DNA of 64,000 nt from Vicugna vicugna. Taxonomy: Eukaryota. Positions within the stretch are counted from its first letter, which is position 1. Each line of letters starts with the position of its first letter. Below, piece after piece: positions 39,880-54,628 of this stretch. Location: assembly GCA_013265495.1 (NCBI GenBank), contig MU058423.1, positions 2,929,061 through 2,993,060 of the forward strand, read 5' to 3'. The notes under the pieces were generated by a model, which made no database searches, was not told where the DNA came from, and saw only the letters and a list, made by a program, of their open reading frames with translations. The position numbers and the translations under genes were made by a program.

Positions 39880-40280
39880 GCACTACCCACTAAGGTAACC
39901 ACTTTCCCCTTTGATAGCCATAGGTTTGTCTTCTATATCTGAGTCTGTTTCTGTTTTGTAAATAAGTTCATTTGTATAATTTTTTAGATTCCACATATAA
40001 GTGATGTCATATGGTATTTGTCTTTCTACATCTGATTTACTTCATTTAATTTGATAATCTCTAAGTCCATCCATGTTGCTGTAAATAGCATTATTTCATT
40101 CTTTTTTATGGCTGAGTAGTATTCCATCATATAAATATACCACAGCTTCTTTATCCAGTCATCTGTCGATGGACATTTAGGTTGCTTCCGTATCTTGGCG
40201 ATTGTAAATAGTGCTGCTATGAACACTGGGGTGCATGTATCTTTTCTAATTAGAGTTTTCTCCAGATATATGCCCAGGAA
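39880..40280 (-). mobile_element. L1 fragment (ORF2 C-terminus and 3'UTR)
   Basis: Translation LGIYLEKTLIRKDTCTPVFIAALFTIAKIRKQPKCPSTDDWIKKLWYIY is the typical L1 ORF2 end. Confidence 0.9.
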
Positions 40281-41664
40281 CTTTAATGGAACAATGTTAT
40301 TTTTTAAATCTCTTACATGTTTATTCTTCTCAGTCAAGATTTTGTTTGAACCCAAAGTCCCACACCCAAAAAAAGCTTAATGCCAGTCTCTACTTGAAAG
40401 AGCAAATCAATAAAGGTAAAACTACAGGCATGAGGCAGACTCACAGGTTAAGGATGCATTTTTTGCCTTCCTTTAATCACCCCACGTAGTCAGTTGTTTC
40501 CTCTACCTACAAGCAATGCTCCTTCTCTCCCCGAGCAGGTGCCAGCAGCAGCCAAAGCAGACAGACCCCAAGCAGACTGGCCCCTGCCGGCTGTCCTCAA
40601 TCTGTGTGCTGTTGCCTAGCAACATGGTGCCCGGAGCCCCGGGGCTCCCAGTTTGAAGAAGTATTGGGGAGCCTTGGCCTTCATTGCCCCTTCTTTCAGA
40701 ATTTTCTGTTCTACTCTGGATTTCCAGATTCTGTTTTATCAAAAACATCAGAGACAGTGTTTGGTCACCCTGGCAGGGCCTTCCTGCTGGTCTGGCTGTG
40801 AACACATCGCACAAAGCGGCTACTGGGTCTGCACATCCAGCTGGGGCAGTCTGAGGCACCATGCTCTGGGCCAGACAGGCCCCTGACCCTGCCATCTAAC
40901 CTGTCTGTAACAGGCTGCCTGTCCATTTTGGGCACAGTCTTGTCCCGGGGGATCCTGGAAGACGGAACTGGTATGGTGCTAACAGCCACCACTAGCGAGC
41001 ACATAGGTGCACCCACGTGACAGCTTCTGGGCTGGGCACTTTACATGCATCTTCCCTTTAGCCCCTACAAGCCCCCCAGATGTTAACCCTACTGCCTTGA
41101 CCTCCTTGTTTACAAGTGTCATCCACTCCCCTCAGTCCCACTGATCGTCAAATCCTGAATGACTTCTTTCTTCCCATAGTACATATCACCTTTAAACACA
41201 CTTTGTAACTTAGTTATTCATCATTTTTATTGTCTATTTATGCCACTGCCCTCACTCCAGATCAGATGTAAGCTCCAGAAGAACAGAGATCTTCGGGTTT
41301 TTTTTTCACTGATACAGCCCAAGAGCCCAGAAGAGTACCTGACACACAGTAGCTATCAATAAGTATTTGTTGTGTGATTTAAAGATGGGCAAAAGGCATG
41401 ACCCGAGAGCAGCTCTGGAGCTGTGCAAGGCACTGTAGGTTAGTGCTAAAAGGTCTGGACTCTCATCTTGTCCTGCCACCCCCAAACTATATGATTGTGG
41501 GCCAGCTATTAAATCTCCCCATACCTCGGTTCCCTTCCCCATATAGCAGGGATGGTAACACTCTATTAAGATGATTAACAGATCCTCACTCCCCCAGGCT
41601 GAGTAACATCAAACTCTCAGGACAATTAGGAGATTGGGTTCAGGAAAGCTGTTTGTAAACTGGT

Positions 41665-41856
41665 TAAAATAGATAAACAACAAGTTTCTACTGTATAGCA
41701 CAGGGGACTATATTCAGTATCTTGTAGTAATCAATAATGAAAAAGAAAATAAATATATCTATGTATATGTATGACTGAACTATTATGCTGTAAGCAGAAA
41801 TTGGTACATTGTAAACTGACTATACTTCAATTTAAAAAAATTAAAAAAAAAAAAAA
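41665..41856 (+). mobile_element. L1 3' end with poly(A)
   Basis: AAAATAGATAAACAACAAG...TGTATAGCACAGGG...ACATTGTAAACTGACTATACTTCAAT plus A-run. Confidence 0.8.
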
Positions 41857-42689
41857 GAAGCAGCCAGCTACTACTATGACTCTGCCTGGAGAGGGCACAT
41901 GAAGCGGGGCACCCAGGCCCTTCTCTCTTTTTTCCAGCAATAGGACAGGGAGAAAGCAGCTGGGTGACATTTCTGGCCTAACAGCAATGGTGACAGCAAC
42001 AGTTAGATCCTCCTCGGTTGCTCTGGATGTTTACCACTCGCCCTGACTCACCCCTTCTCTGATCAGAGTCTACTCATACATATGAAACACCATCTGTCCT
42101 TCTTCCACCTTTTTCCCCCAGCAACTCCCCAAAGTTAATCTCTCCAAGAGAAAGGCCGGCCGCTGACATTTATGATGCTTGGTAACTGCGGCCAGTCCAT
42201 CAGGTGCAGAGGGCTTTTCACATTGCTTATAAATATCCCTAGGATCGAAGTGGCTTTGTAGCCAGGACACGAAATGTCCCTCCATAAATTCCAATCCCGT
42301 TCTGATAGGTGAGAGTTTGGTGCATACATCTGTCTGCAAGGCAGGGCTTTATGAGGTTGTATTTCAAAGATGTGCTTGTCTTGGTTTTTAATGAGATCAA
42401 AATGTTCCATTAAGTGTTTTCACCTGAGCTTTTAATCATACGTGAAAGGAACAAGCCAGTTAGGTCCTGGCCTGTGCAAAACTCTCTCCAAGGACAGCTT
42501 GGTGTTTGGATGTGTTAGCTGTTTATGATGAAGAAACTTGAACCTGGAGGACAGACTTCTAGCCTAGAGAACCAGGTCAACAGAGAAAGCTCCTGTAACT
42601 CCAGTGGAACAAATATATATGAGCAACTGCAATACCACGATCTCCCAGTGCACTGTTTCTCAAACTGGGGCTTGAGTCCTCTGCCATCT

Positions 42690-43170
42690 TACCTTTCCCC
42701 GGCCCCTGGCAACCACAAATCTACTTTCTGACTTTCTGTCTTTATGGATTTATCTATTCTGGACATTTCCTATAAATGGAATCATACAGTATGTGGCCTT
42801 TTGTATCTGGCTGCTTCTACTGAGCATAATGTTTTCAAGGTATATCGTGTTGTAGGCTATTTCAGTACTCAGTATTATGGCTCAGTAACGTTCCATTGTA
42901 TGGATGTACCACATTTTATTGACCCGTTCATCAGTTGATGGACAGTTGGGTTTTTTGGCTATCATTAATAATGCTGTTATGAACATTCATGTACAAGTTT
43001 TTGTGTGAACATACATTTTCAGTTCTCTTCGGAATATACTTAGGGCTAGAGCTGCTGGGTCAAATGGTGACTCTATGTCTCTTTTTTTTGATGAACTACC
43101 AAACTGTCTTCCACAGTGGTTGCACCCTCTAGCAATGTACGAAGGTTTCAATTTCTCCACATCCTTGACC
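42690..43170 (-). mobile_element. Old L1 (L1M) fragment
   Basis: CCCCTGGCAACCAC...ATTCTGGACATTTCCTATAAATGGAATCATAC...; boundaries approximate. Confidence 0.7.
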
Positions 43171-43279
43171 TTATCCGTCTTTATACCCACACTGGTGGTT
43201 CACTTTATCTCTTAAACCAATCCTCCCCTACTGCCTGACAGAATCCTCTGTTTCCATCTGGACTGCATCCAGCTGTGGG

Positions 43280-43483
43280 CTAGGGTTCACTTGTCTGATC
43301 TTGCAAGAGCTGACTGCTCATCTCTCCTCAACTCCATGCTCCGTGGCATTGACAGCTTGCAATTGGTTATGATGGGAGTAGTCACACCATGGAAATCAAC
43401 AAACACTAAAAAGCCGGGCTTCCCTTCGCTTCCCTTTGCTTCCCTAGAGAGCCAGTTGTTAAACATTTACCAGCACACCACTG
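43280..43483 (-). mobile_element. MER63-like hAT-Blackjack DNA element
   Basis: Terminus GAGAGCCAGTTGTTAAACATTTACCAGCACACCACTG. Confidence 0.55.
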
Positions 43484-46400
43484 ACAGTATCCACTTACTC
43501 CTAATTCTGTAGCTTCCTTTGATTTGTTCTTTTCTTCAGCTTCTAAATCCACCCTTCTACCTATATATCCTCTAGTTCAATTAAAATCCTAGCCTTTTCT
43601 AAGGTTCAGTTCAACTTTCTTACACGAAGCTGTTTGTATATTTCAATTGCCTTCATGCACTGATGACTCCAAGTTTCTCTCTTGAGCTCAGCCTTTACTC
43701 TTGAACTCTCAGTTCTTATCTGTAACTGCCTATGGGGGTGGTCCTCAGGCACATCAGAGCCAACATTTAAAAATAGTTCTCAACTGCTCTCCCCGCTGGT
43801 GTTCCATATCTAACTACCATCATCCACTTCATGTGGCAATCCTGGTCTTTGGGGTTTTTTTGAAAATACTTTCTTTTCATTAATTTTATCTGCTAACAAT
43901 TCATATTAGAATGACAAGTAGTGTTTATATTTTTATAAATGTACATATTACTTCATGTGTTATAGAAAATGCATTTGAAGTATTTAAATATTTAGTTTTG
44001 CTTATTTCTTTAAAGTATTTAATGAATTTTGAACACTTTAAAAAATAAAATACCACTCTCAGCATTGTCCTCTTGCTCTGATATTGAAACTGTTACATTC
44101 AGCCCCTCTTCAAGTCAGGGACCATATCCTTGACACCTTTCTCTCTTAGGCCCCGTGTATAATTACAGAGAACTATCCATTTTCTACCTCCAAAATGTCT
44201 CGTGAATCCGTCCCCCTCTCTCCATCCCCACTGCTACTTAGGAAGTCAAAACAGTGACTTCTTGCCTAGAGGAGCCTCCTTACTGGTCTTACAGTCTTTG
44301 CTCCCTCCTCTCCTCCAAGCCACTCTCCCGACCACAGCCAGAGTGACCCATCTGAAATGCAAATCAGATTGAACCACTGCCCCACTGTTGCCCTCAGAGT
44401 TGGCACCAGACCCCTTGCAAGGTCTACAAGGGCCTTCACTCCCTGGCCCCTGCTTGCATCTCCAGCCATCTCTCTCTATTCCAGCCCTAGGCCCCAAGCC
44501 ATAACGATTTAAGATGGTGCCAACTTTACCTCCAAGCAATTCAACTAAAAATATTCACGAAGTATATGGTGAGGGAATACAAATATGATCAAGGCAGTCC
44601 TGGCACAGACAGGGACCACTGCATACAGCTGAATAGGTTGTGCACTGCACGACCCCAGGGAGTGCTAGTCACATAATAGTCTACAAGGTACTGTCACATA
44701 AGGTACATACAACAAAGTAAGAATGCTAGAAATATAAAGAGAAACATAATTATCAGGGAGAAAGTGACAGTTGAGAAATAACATGCTTTAAGAATCTGAA
44801 AAAGAAGTGATTTCTTTAATGCGTCCTAGCTTTCTTTTTACCTCCAATCTATATCTATAATCTCCTGGTTTATAATATCTAGAATTCAGTCCCAATCGGG
44901 AATCATTAAAATTAATTTAAAGGACCCCTCATCACTTGTGCGCGATACTTTGATTTCGTGACCAGAACGTTGTCCCATGCTCATTCTCCTGCCTCCAGTT
45001 TTATTCTCCTAGAGAGAGAAGCCTATGGTTTGTCATCATGACTTCTGTGTGGCCCGGGTGTTACAGGCTGCCCCAGGAGTACACACGAACTTCAGTAGTA
45101 AGACTGAAGGCAACAGGGACTGCTTCCTGGCAGGAGAACCAGGTGGCAGGGGACAGGGGTGGAAGGGACACTCATTTTTCATTCTGTACCCCTATATAAC
45201 TTTTGAATTGATTATCATGTGGGTGAATTACCTGCTCGAAATTTTTTCTTAAGTATTTTTAAGTTAGTGCCTCCCTTAGAGAGAAGGGTATTTTGAGGAG
45301 GCAGGGGGCAGGATTCTTGGAGCTGGGAGTGTAAGGAGTGTGTAGTGCAGGGGGCTGAAGATTCATTTCACAAACTGAGCAGGAGCCTACACTGCCATTG
45401 TGTTTCTCAGATGACTCTGACCCATGGGAAAATGTTATTTAGAGGAAAAATTAGGAAATCAGGAAGTCTCAGCCTGCTGGTAGAGGGAAGGTGACAGAAA
45501 TAGTTTCTCATGTTACAACATCTTATCTGTATCTCACGAGGGATCTTATCTGCTATGGACACTGATGAGTGTGACATGTGAGTGCTGAGAGCCAGGGGCT
45601 GAACAGACTCCTGGGCAGGTGCCTCTTGTGCTGTAAAGTGAAAACTGTACTGGTGACAGGGTAGCTGTGGATGCATTGTTTGTAAAAGTTCTGAATAAAA
45701 ATTCCAGGCCATTCTCTGAGACAGTCTCATCCTAGGTCATTGCCAAGCGTCACCAACAGAGATTCTGGCCCAGCCCTCTGCCACCACTGGGGAAACTGGA
45801 GATGGGTGAGTAGAGAATCAGCTCTAGAACATCTGGCCTTCTCTGGTCAACCTGATCCTAAAGGCAAGCAGAAGCCTGGCTCTTGCTTAAGTAGGCTTGA
45901 CTGCAGCCAGGGACCAAGATCTAAGGGCAGGAGTGGCTGGAAATGTGCTTGGGCAGGTGGTTTTAGAAAAGACCCAGCAGTTGACCAAGTTTCCGCACCA
46001 GCAGACTCCAGTTCCTGTCCCATAAAGCTGGAATCTAGTCACTCTGGGCCTCAGTTTATTTGAGCTTCATTCTAGAAATAGCTAAGAAATCAGAAAATTC
46101 TGTACACTTGTGAAGGAGGAGAGAATGCAGAACTTTCTTGAGAGACCTCTATAACTTTTGAATTGCTTACTGCGTGGCTGTATTACTTGTTCAAAAAAAA
46201 ATTTTAAAATAAAATATTTTTTAAATGCAACACCCTGCCTTTGTCACTCAACCCTCCAAAGTGGCCTGGGTTTACATCTGATCCCCGAAGTGAAAGGGTC
46301 AAAAGAGAGCATTGTACTATCTCCTCTGACCCCGCAGAATGCCCTGCCTAATCCTCTTCACAACTCCCATCCCACCAGCCCCAGATGAAGCACGTTTTCC

Positions 46401-46929
46401 CAGGCCTTCAGGGAACAGTCCGAGATCCTTCTGGAAGGCGAGATTTCCATTCTTCCACACCATCTGTGGGGTAATAATCATGAATTGCTTTGGTCTGTTG
46501 TTCCTTCTCAGTTTTCCTGGTCCCAATGAGATGGTACATTCTCTGACTCATATTTCTGTGTGACGATCTCTAAATGACAATTGTGTTTTGCCTGCAACAG
46601 ACACTCCCCAGGTATTTTGGAAATTTTCATATCGTTGTAGATTGAAGCGAGGTCTTCTAATCCAAACGTCAACCTGGTGCCGACATCCCTGATAGAGCTG
46701 ATGGATGGTTAGAGCGGTTGGCTAACTGAGAGATTAAAAAGATCTGGAGGTGGAGGAATGTACGCTCTTCAGGTTACTTAGCGGTAATTATACCTACACT
46801 TAAAACCTTTTTCATTACAAGCATGCTTTTAAAAAAATTCATGGGAAATGTATGGGATAAAAAGTAAACATCCTCCTTCACACCCCCTCACTGCCTCCAC
46901 GAAGGATGCCGTGTTATCCTGCACAGGAC

Positions 46930-47361
46930 CTGGGTCAGTCTGCTAGGACTGCTTAACAAGGTAGCACAGACTGGGTGGCTGAAACAATGGAAGGCTATTC
47001 CTTCACAGTTCTGGAGGCTAGAGGTCTGAAATCAAAGTATCGACAGGGCTGATCCTTCTGAAGCTGGGAGGGAGACTTTTCCATGCCTCTCCAGCCAGCC
47101 ATCCTTCGAGTTCTTAGGCTCAGAGGAGCAGAACTCCAATCTTCATGTGGCATTTTCTCTGTGTGCATGTGTGTGTCCAAATTTCCTCTTTTTATAAGGA
47201 CACCAGTCATACTGGGTTAGGGCCCATCTTGATGGCCTCATCTTAACTACATCTGCAAAGACCCTATTTCCAAGTAAGTCACATTTTGAGATGCTAGAGC
47301 CCACAGGGGGCACTCTAAGGTACATATGAAGTTTTGGAGGACACAATTCAACCCATAACAG
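46930..47361 (-). mobile_element. MLT1 (MaLR) solo LTR
   Basis: CACAGACTGGGTGGCT...CACAGTTCTGGAGGCTAGAGGTCTGAAATCAA...GACACAATTCAACCCATAACA. Confidence 0.8.
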
Positions 47362-49483
47362 TACCCATACCTCGAATTTGTCATCTAGACAGGGAGAGAA
47401 CCATAGATAGCTCTAGGTTCCGGGCTGTGAAATTTGAGACATTTCCCTTTTTGGACCAAAAAAAAAAAAAAAAGTAAAAAGTAGAATTATGTTGCCTCTT
47501 GAGAGGAAAATAAAATTAATGATAATTAGACATCTTTCGTGGTCCTCAAACGTTGCCAATTTTATCTCTTTTTTATCTTCACAACCACTCAAAATTCTTT
47601 GACATCAAAGACTATTGATGTCATCCATTGTCACGTCCCACTGTGTCACTAGTACTGCAACAGTCATACAGTAAATATTTGTTGAGTCAATGAACTCTCT
47701 GATCGATATTCTTTCCCCCATTTTCAGGATGAAGGAGGTAGTGCAGAGATGCTCCGGCCCATGGCCCAAAGACACACAGCTGATAAGGTTTGGGGCTCAA
47801 GCCCAAGCCCGCCTTTCTCCAAAGCTTTTGTCATTTTTGTTAAACTTAAGCCAATGGTTCTCAAAGTCTGTTTGCAAGACCAGCAGCCCCAATGACGTCT
47901 GGGAGCTTGTTAGAAGGTCAGCAGTCTAGGTTTTAGCAAGCCCTCCAGGTGACATGGAGACGCCCTGTAGTTTGGCAGCTGGGGCACTAAACCAGGAAGC
48001 GGCTGGAAGTCGGGAGTGGGTGTGGACTTAGAGATTGGCTTGGTTTTTTTGGGGTTTTTTTGGGGGTTTTTTTTTTTTTTGAGTAGGCTACGCAGTTCCA
48101 GGATTTCCAGAAACCTCCCCTGCTATTCAAACCATTGTGATTTTTAATGCTGAACAATTATATTACCCCACTATTTTCCAAAAGGAGGGAGGAGAGAGAG
48201 GAGAGTGTGCAGAGGTCATTATTCAAATTTGAACTCTTTCTTCCAGTTTCTCTCCTCTGCTAGAGATGATGAGACATCCTGGGAGAAGCTCAGATGAAAG
48301 CCGGCGAGAACTCTCAAGTTCCGCTTCAGCTTTTCCACCCAGAAAAGCGCACCAGCAGTCCTCTTGAGGATAAGACTGGCAAGATGCTTCAAAAGCTGCC
48401 AAAGGGCTTCCAAGTTGAATGAAGTAATGATGAAGGCGGAATTGGCTTAGCTCCGCAGACTTTCACCTACACAAGCACGAAAGAAAAGACCAGAACAGCA
48501 GGTGCAGCAGCCGACTGAACAGATACACGTTTCTTATCGGTAAATCAACAGAAGGTGGTCATAAAAGCCAACTGCTCACGGTACAGAGGGCCAGGACTCA
48601 GGAACCCTTTCCAAGAATGACCTGGTTCTCAAGGAGAGGCACTTTTCTTCCCGAGGGTGTTGATGACAGAAGAGGGTGGCAGCCACATGCCGGTTGGAGG
48701 GATGAGGCCCGGAGCCCGGCGAGGTGGGGAATTGAGCAAAGTCCAAACCAGGCTTCCGGCGCGGGGCTCCGCCCGGAGAAGGTTATGAAGTTTTGCAGCT
48801 AAAACAAGAGGGAGGAACAGGGCCGCTGACTTGCCAGCAATGTTCTCCTGTGGGAAACTCTTATATTGTCCATCGTGAAGAGAGGAAGTGGGGCTGGGGG
48901 AAGCGGAGCTGGTGAAAGAATAGGATCTAATGCAGAACGCTCAACTTCTAGCCATTCGCCTAAGTTCTCTCTCTCGGATGGCTTCCGCTACAAGGTAGAA
49001 AATGAAATGCTCCTTCACGCGCCACTAAAATTGGTATCAGCATCCCTGCGCCCGCTCCCACGGCCAGGCATCCGACTGTGCCTGAGGCCCTGGCAACCAC
49101 CGCACACAGTCCTTCCCAGGGGGCTCCCCTGGGCCAGCCTGGAGCACCACCTCTGAGAGCAAAGTAAGCGTCACCACTTCGCGCTTTAAAGTAGAAATGG
49201 CCTGCGTCCAGGAGTGAAATCTGGCCCAAGAAATTAAGGCAGGATGCCGTTCGCCCTAATTTTCAGGAGGGCCTCAGATGATCCTCCTGCTTTTTAGCAG
49301 TCACGGGAGGAAACAGGACAAACCTTCCCACTTCTTTATTTTTATACCTGCTGATAAACAAATCATCTTGGTTTTTTTTTTTTTCTCCCACTCTGAGTTG
49401 TGCCAAATTCTATAATGGTTAACAGATAGTAATTAAACATCATGTTCCCTGCTATTTCAACTTGAGACCAATTTGAGAATCTT

Positions 49484-49632
49484 CGCTTTGTTTTGTTTTG
49501 TTTTTTATTGAAGTGTAGTTGATTTACAATGTTAGTTTCACGTGTACAGCAAAGCGAGTCAGTTATACATATACATACATATATGTTTTCTTTTCAGATT
49601 CTTTTCCATTATATGTTATTACAAGAAATTGA
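49484..49632 (-). mobile_element. Short L1 3' tail with TSD GAGAATCTT
   Basis: TTTATTGAAGTGTAGTTGATTTACAATGTTAG...; TSD 49475-49483 / 49633-49641. Confidence 0.7.
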
Positions 49633-52600
49633 GAGAATCTTAGTTTTTAAGTGACAAAGAAATAATCACTGGTCTCGTAACAGTCTCTGCAGATACTGGG
49701 AAAATTATCTTCACTCCATAGAGTCTGTAGGTTGTCTCAGAAACTATATTAACTAATCAGTGAATCGTTCTGTAACGTCCCCTGATGTTCCTAATCTTTT
49801 CCATTCTTATGCCACACCCTGCCCATCAATACAGCTTTCTGTTGCACCTGCCTGATAAGTGATTTTTTCCCATGTGGTTTTCTTCAGGAGCTCTGAGCAC
49901 TACATATTCTATAATGTTTTTATGTTTTTACCTTGGCCACCAGGAAGCTAGGGTCCAGGTTCCGGTCTGTTTGCTTACATAGCATTCACGTATTCATTTA
50001 ATTATTATTCCTGCATTTGCCACTGTAAGCTGTATTTTTCCTGCCAGAGTCTTTCTTTTATATTTGGCTTTTACTATTTTGATGGAACATTTCCTGAAAA
50101 CTAGTCCTTCTAGAAGGAAATGTTATTAATTAATTAATTAACTAATTAAGACAAGACCATTTGGGGTTTAATCCTTGCCTTCCTCTCCTATCTCATTTCT
50201 AACCATTCTCCTCCTTCTCTGCTCCTCCCGCTAAACTGGCCTTCTTTCAGTCCTTTGTACTCACCTCAGGGCCTTTGCATGTGCTGACTCCTTCAGTCCT
50301 CAGCTGGGTTATCACTGTGTTGGGAAGAGTTCCCTGAACTTCCTGATTAGGTCAAATCCCCTAATACGTGCTCTCATTGCTCTTCCCTAGAGGCATCAGA
50401 GAGAGCATGGCACTGCTGACACTCTGACTTCAGACTTCTAGCCTCTGGAACTGTGAGAAAATTAATTTCTGCCATTTTAAGACACCCAGCTTGTGGTACT
50501 TTGTTACCACAGCCTTGGCAAACCAACACAACTAGTCCATGTGCACATCTTCTTTCTCACTTCTCATTTTCACAACAAGCCTTCAAATCACATATGACTA
50601 ACTCCTTTGATAAAGGAGTCTCACAGTCAGGGAAACTACACCTGGGCCATGAACTTGCGCTCTGCCCACTGCTCCTTGCTGTCTGGCCTCATTCCATCAT
50701 GTACTTGATCTCTATGTGTAACCCCTTGTTCCTTTGAAGGCTGTACATGCCATCAGTGTGAGTTTCATGTCACATAATTCTTCTATGCCTCTTTCAGTTC
50801 GTTATGCTCAGTAAACTTGGCGAGTGAATTATCTTAAATGTCAGCAGATTAAAATTTTTAAATATAAGAGGAAAGAATAAGCACTTGGTGCAGAAAACAT
50901 GACAATCACCCCTGATCTAGAGGAAACCTGTCACTGATGTTTTCAAACTGAGTACTCTGATGATACCTGCTCTCTGGGACCAGGTACCGATATGGACAAT
51001 ATTGTCAAGATGTCTAAGAGAGATTTAAAAAACAGAAAGGGTATAGGGTGGATGAAATAAATGTCAGAAACAATGGGCCATCAGGTAACCAGTTATGTTG
51101 CTTAAAAATTACAAACATTTAAAAAAGAGTATTTTTTTTTTGCCCCAATGATATGAGTTAACTCTAGAAATAGTGAGCCTCTCATGACCCAGGGTTAAAA
51201 AGTAGTCCTTTTTAAACATTTGTAATTGCTAGGCAACACAACCCAGCTAAGGATAAAAACCCACCCAGCTATTCTAAGGAGCTAGTGAGGATGCCTTAGG
51301 TCTGAATGACCACTGAGATCCACCCTAACACCAGCACTTTATGACATCAGAATTTTACAACTAAATGACACAGAGTGCACCGATCTGTTGATCTCCTTGG
51401 CCTTCAGTTTCTGCAAGTATAAAATTAAGATTTATACCTGAAACTAACACAATACTGTAAATCAACTATAATTCAATCCTAAAATGAGTTTAATAAATAT
51501 GGGATGATAGCAATGGCTTTTTTAAAAACTGTAGATTTTTAGCTTATCTGAAAATTAAAAGGATGTCTCCTCATGCAAATAAGCTCCTGAGAATCCCTTT
51601 GCATTCTCCCAGTGGGATCGCCTTTATCCGCTCCCTTCAGTTACTCATCATCTGACAAAAATGAGAATGTATAAGCAATTCCTACATTAAAGACAATCGA
51701 GTGCATCGGCCACCATCGCACATTCCTCTGAAATAGTCCATGAATCTGTCTCCACGTGGGGAAAACTAGCTGATGAGTACGAGAATCAGGGGCAGTGTTT
51801 CAGATAATCCAGGACTAAAACTCAACATGTTCTTTTTAAAATGTGACTATTACCCGCTTTGTTTTTCTTTGTTTTCTTCTGATGTCTTGCTAACCTGCTC
51901 ATTATTTATATTTGGGCACAGCTCCTCCTTTTCTTCTACAGATGGTTTACACAGCTGAATTCATATTTGTAAATGGAGGCTCTAGCACTAATCTTTTAAA
52001 GTTTTCTTTACAAGGAAAATAAGTTGATCCATTAACTCAAAATGTAGGGAGCATCCAGTCTGTGTGTTGTCCAGGGCTGGACATGCCTGACTTTTTCCCC
52101 AGGTGCTATCCTGAGCCAGAACTGTCTTTATAAGAATTTGAACAGTCAGATGAACAGACAGAATTGATGCTCCCTTTGTCTTTTCTCTTGGTGGCTTACT
52201 AGCCACTCTCTTCTTGTCATATGATTGGTGTTGGAGAGTGAGGTAATCAATTTCAAACAGAAAATTAGCCAATTTCAGTTTCCTTTCTATTTAGAAACAG
52301 CTTTCTTTTATTGTTCGGCACTGGGTCCAGAGAGGGATGCTCCAATTAGCATGCGGGCATAGTATATGAAAGTCCTTTTTCTGTGTGTCCTTTTATTGTG
52401 TATCATCAGTGAGAATCAGATTTGGAAAATCACATTCTTGGCCTGTGAAACATTTGTTTTTTCATGTTGCATAGTTCCGTGAGTCTTTTCTTCTTTTTAA
52501 TGCCTTTAATAGTACCTGACAAATCGAAGAAGGAAAACAGGTGATAACCTCCTATTAGGCTTCTCAGACTTAAAGAAATTTGAAAAGTGGAGAGCCTAGG

Positions 52601-54628
52601 AAGTATGAAAAATGTATTTTCTTTCAGCAGCTGTCAAGCACTAACTATAATTATCTCTTCTGTGCTTTATCTGCTATGACATAGAAGGAGAGCTTAAGAA
52701 GACATTTGACAAATGGCACAATTTTTATGACTTAACCAGAGGGACAATACAGACTGAGGAAAAGCTGTGAGTTTGATAAACCTATTTTCAGAAAATCTAG
52801 CAGAGTTAGCATCATGCCTGGCTGCCCTGACTGGGACCAACCAGCTGGCAGCTCAAGGAGGCCGACAGGCTCTCCAGCAGGGAGGGCCCTCCAGGTCTCT
52901 GTGATTCCCTGGGTGAGAATAAACTCTGGCTGCCACCCTCACAGCCAAAGCCTCCCTCCTCCTCCGTCTGACTGCAGATGGAGGAGACTAAAGCTATCTT
53001 TGAAAATCCATGCTGCCGATTTGACACACATCAATCAAAATGTTAAACACTTAGACTCTTTGACCCACTTTTTCTATTTTTAAGGATTTCTCTACAAATA
53101 GACTCAAACAAGCATGCATCTGTATACATACCTGTAGGAGGATGTTCATTGCAGCACTGTTACCATATAAGCAACTGGAATCAACCTATTCATCAAGGTT
53201 CTGTTTCCATAAATCATGGTACATACATACAATGAATCACAGTAGAGCTCCAGTGATGAGAACAGTAAAACACAGAATAGGACAAATATTCTGATCTGAT
53301 TTGTATAGAAAGGACAAAAGACTAGACGGATGTGTTTGTATAGGCATAAAGCATTTCAATAAGAGTATATTTAAGCAAGTGTTGACAAAGATTAGCCTTT
53401 GGGGATTTGCAGGGGGGAGAGGAAACGTGTACTTTCCAGTTTATACCCTCTGCATAATTTGGATTGTTAGCACAGACAGGCAGAAAATAGCATGGTGGTT
53501 AAGAGTCAGCTGCCTGAGTTCCTGCTTTTTTGCCAGCAAAGTAATCTTGGGCAGTCCCACCTCTCTGTGCCTTAGTTTCATCACCTGTAAAATGGAGGTT
53601 TATTCAGGAAACCTTTTGAATATGTACTACATGGCAGACACTGGAGATAGGTTTTCATCAGTGGAATATTTTGTTCCTTCACTACATTAATTTATTGAGC
53701 ACCCACAATGTGCCAGATACTATTTGGGGTGTTGGAGACACAGCATGAAACAAAACATGAAAAGCCCTGCCTTCATCGAGCTTATGTATTAGTGGGAAAA
53801 GCCAGAAATAAACAAAATAAATTACAGAGTACATTAGAAAGTGGTAGGTGCACTGGAGAAAATAAAACAGAAAATGGAATAGGAATGACATTTCAACAAA
53901 AACTTCAAGGGGATTAAGAAAGAAGCCATAGATCCTGGGGAGCCTTCCAAGCAGAGAAAACAGGAATCACCAAGACCTCAAAGGGGCAGGTTGCCTGCAG
54001 GTCTGAGAAATAGCAAGGAGGCTGGTGTGGCTGGAGGTGGGGGGACGGGGATTGTACAGAGGGCCTTGCAGGCCTACGTAAGGTGCTGGTTTCTGTTTTG
54101 AGATAGGAAGTCTTTGGAAGGTTTTGAGCAAAGGAGGGACAAAATCTGTCTTATCTTCAATACGTTTATTCTGGTTGAGCACTAGACAATCTGTGGGCAG
54201 AGCGGAAGCAAGGAAACCAGTTAGGAAACTTGTAATCTTCCCGGTGAGAGGTGATGGTGCCTCGGAGAAGGGTGGGTAGCAGTGAAGGTATAAGAAGCAA
54301 TCCAATTCTGGATATATTTTGAAGGCAGAGATAACAAGATTTTCTGATGAATTAGATACAGTGAGTAGGAGAGAAAGGTCAGGATTTGGGATCTGAACAA
54401 GTGGAAGCATGGAGTTACCATTAGCTGAGATGAAGAAGATTCTGAGAGGCACACTATTGATGGTGATGGAGATAAATCAGATGTTTTGGATATGGTAAAT
54501 CTGAGCTTCCAATCAAGTAGGTATATAAAGAGGTCATGTATGCAGATGTGTGTACAAGTCTGGAGTTCAGGGATGAAGTCTAGATTAGAACTATGTATTT
54601 GGGAGTCACTGATGTCCAGATGGTGTTT

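Noticed and set aside
40026..40355. 109-aa ORF with protein-like sequence
   Set aside because: C-terminal fragment of L1 ORF2 in a truncated element
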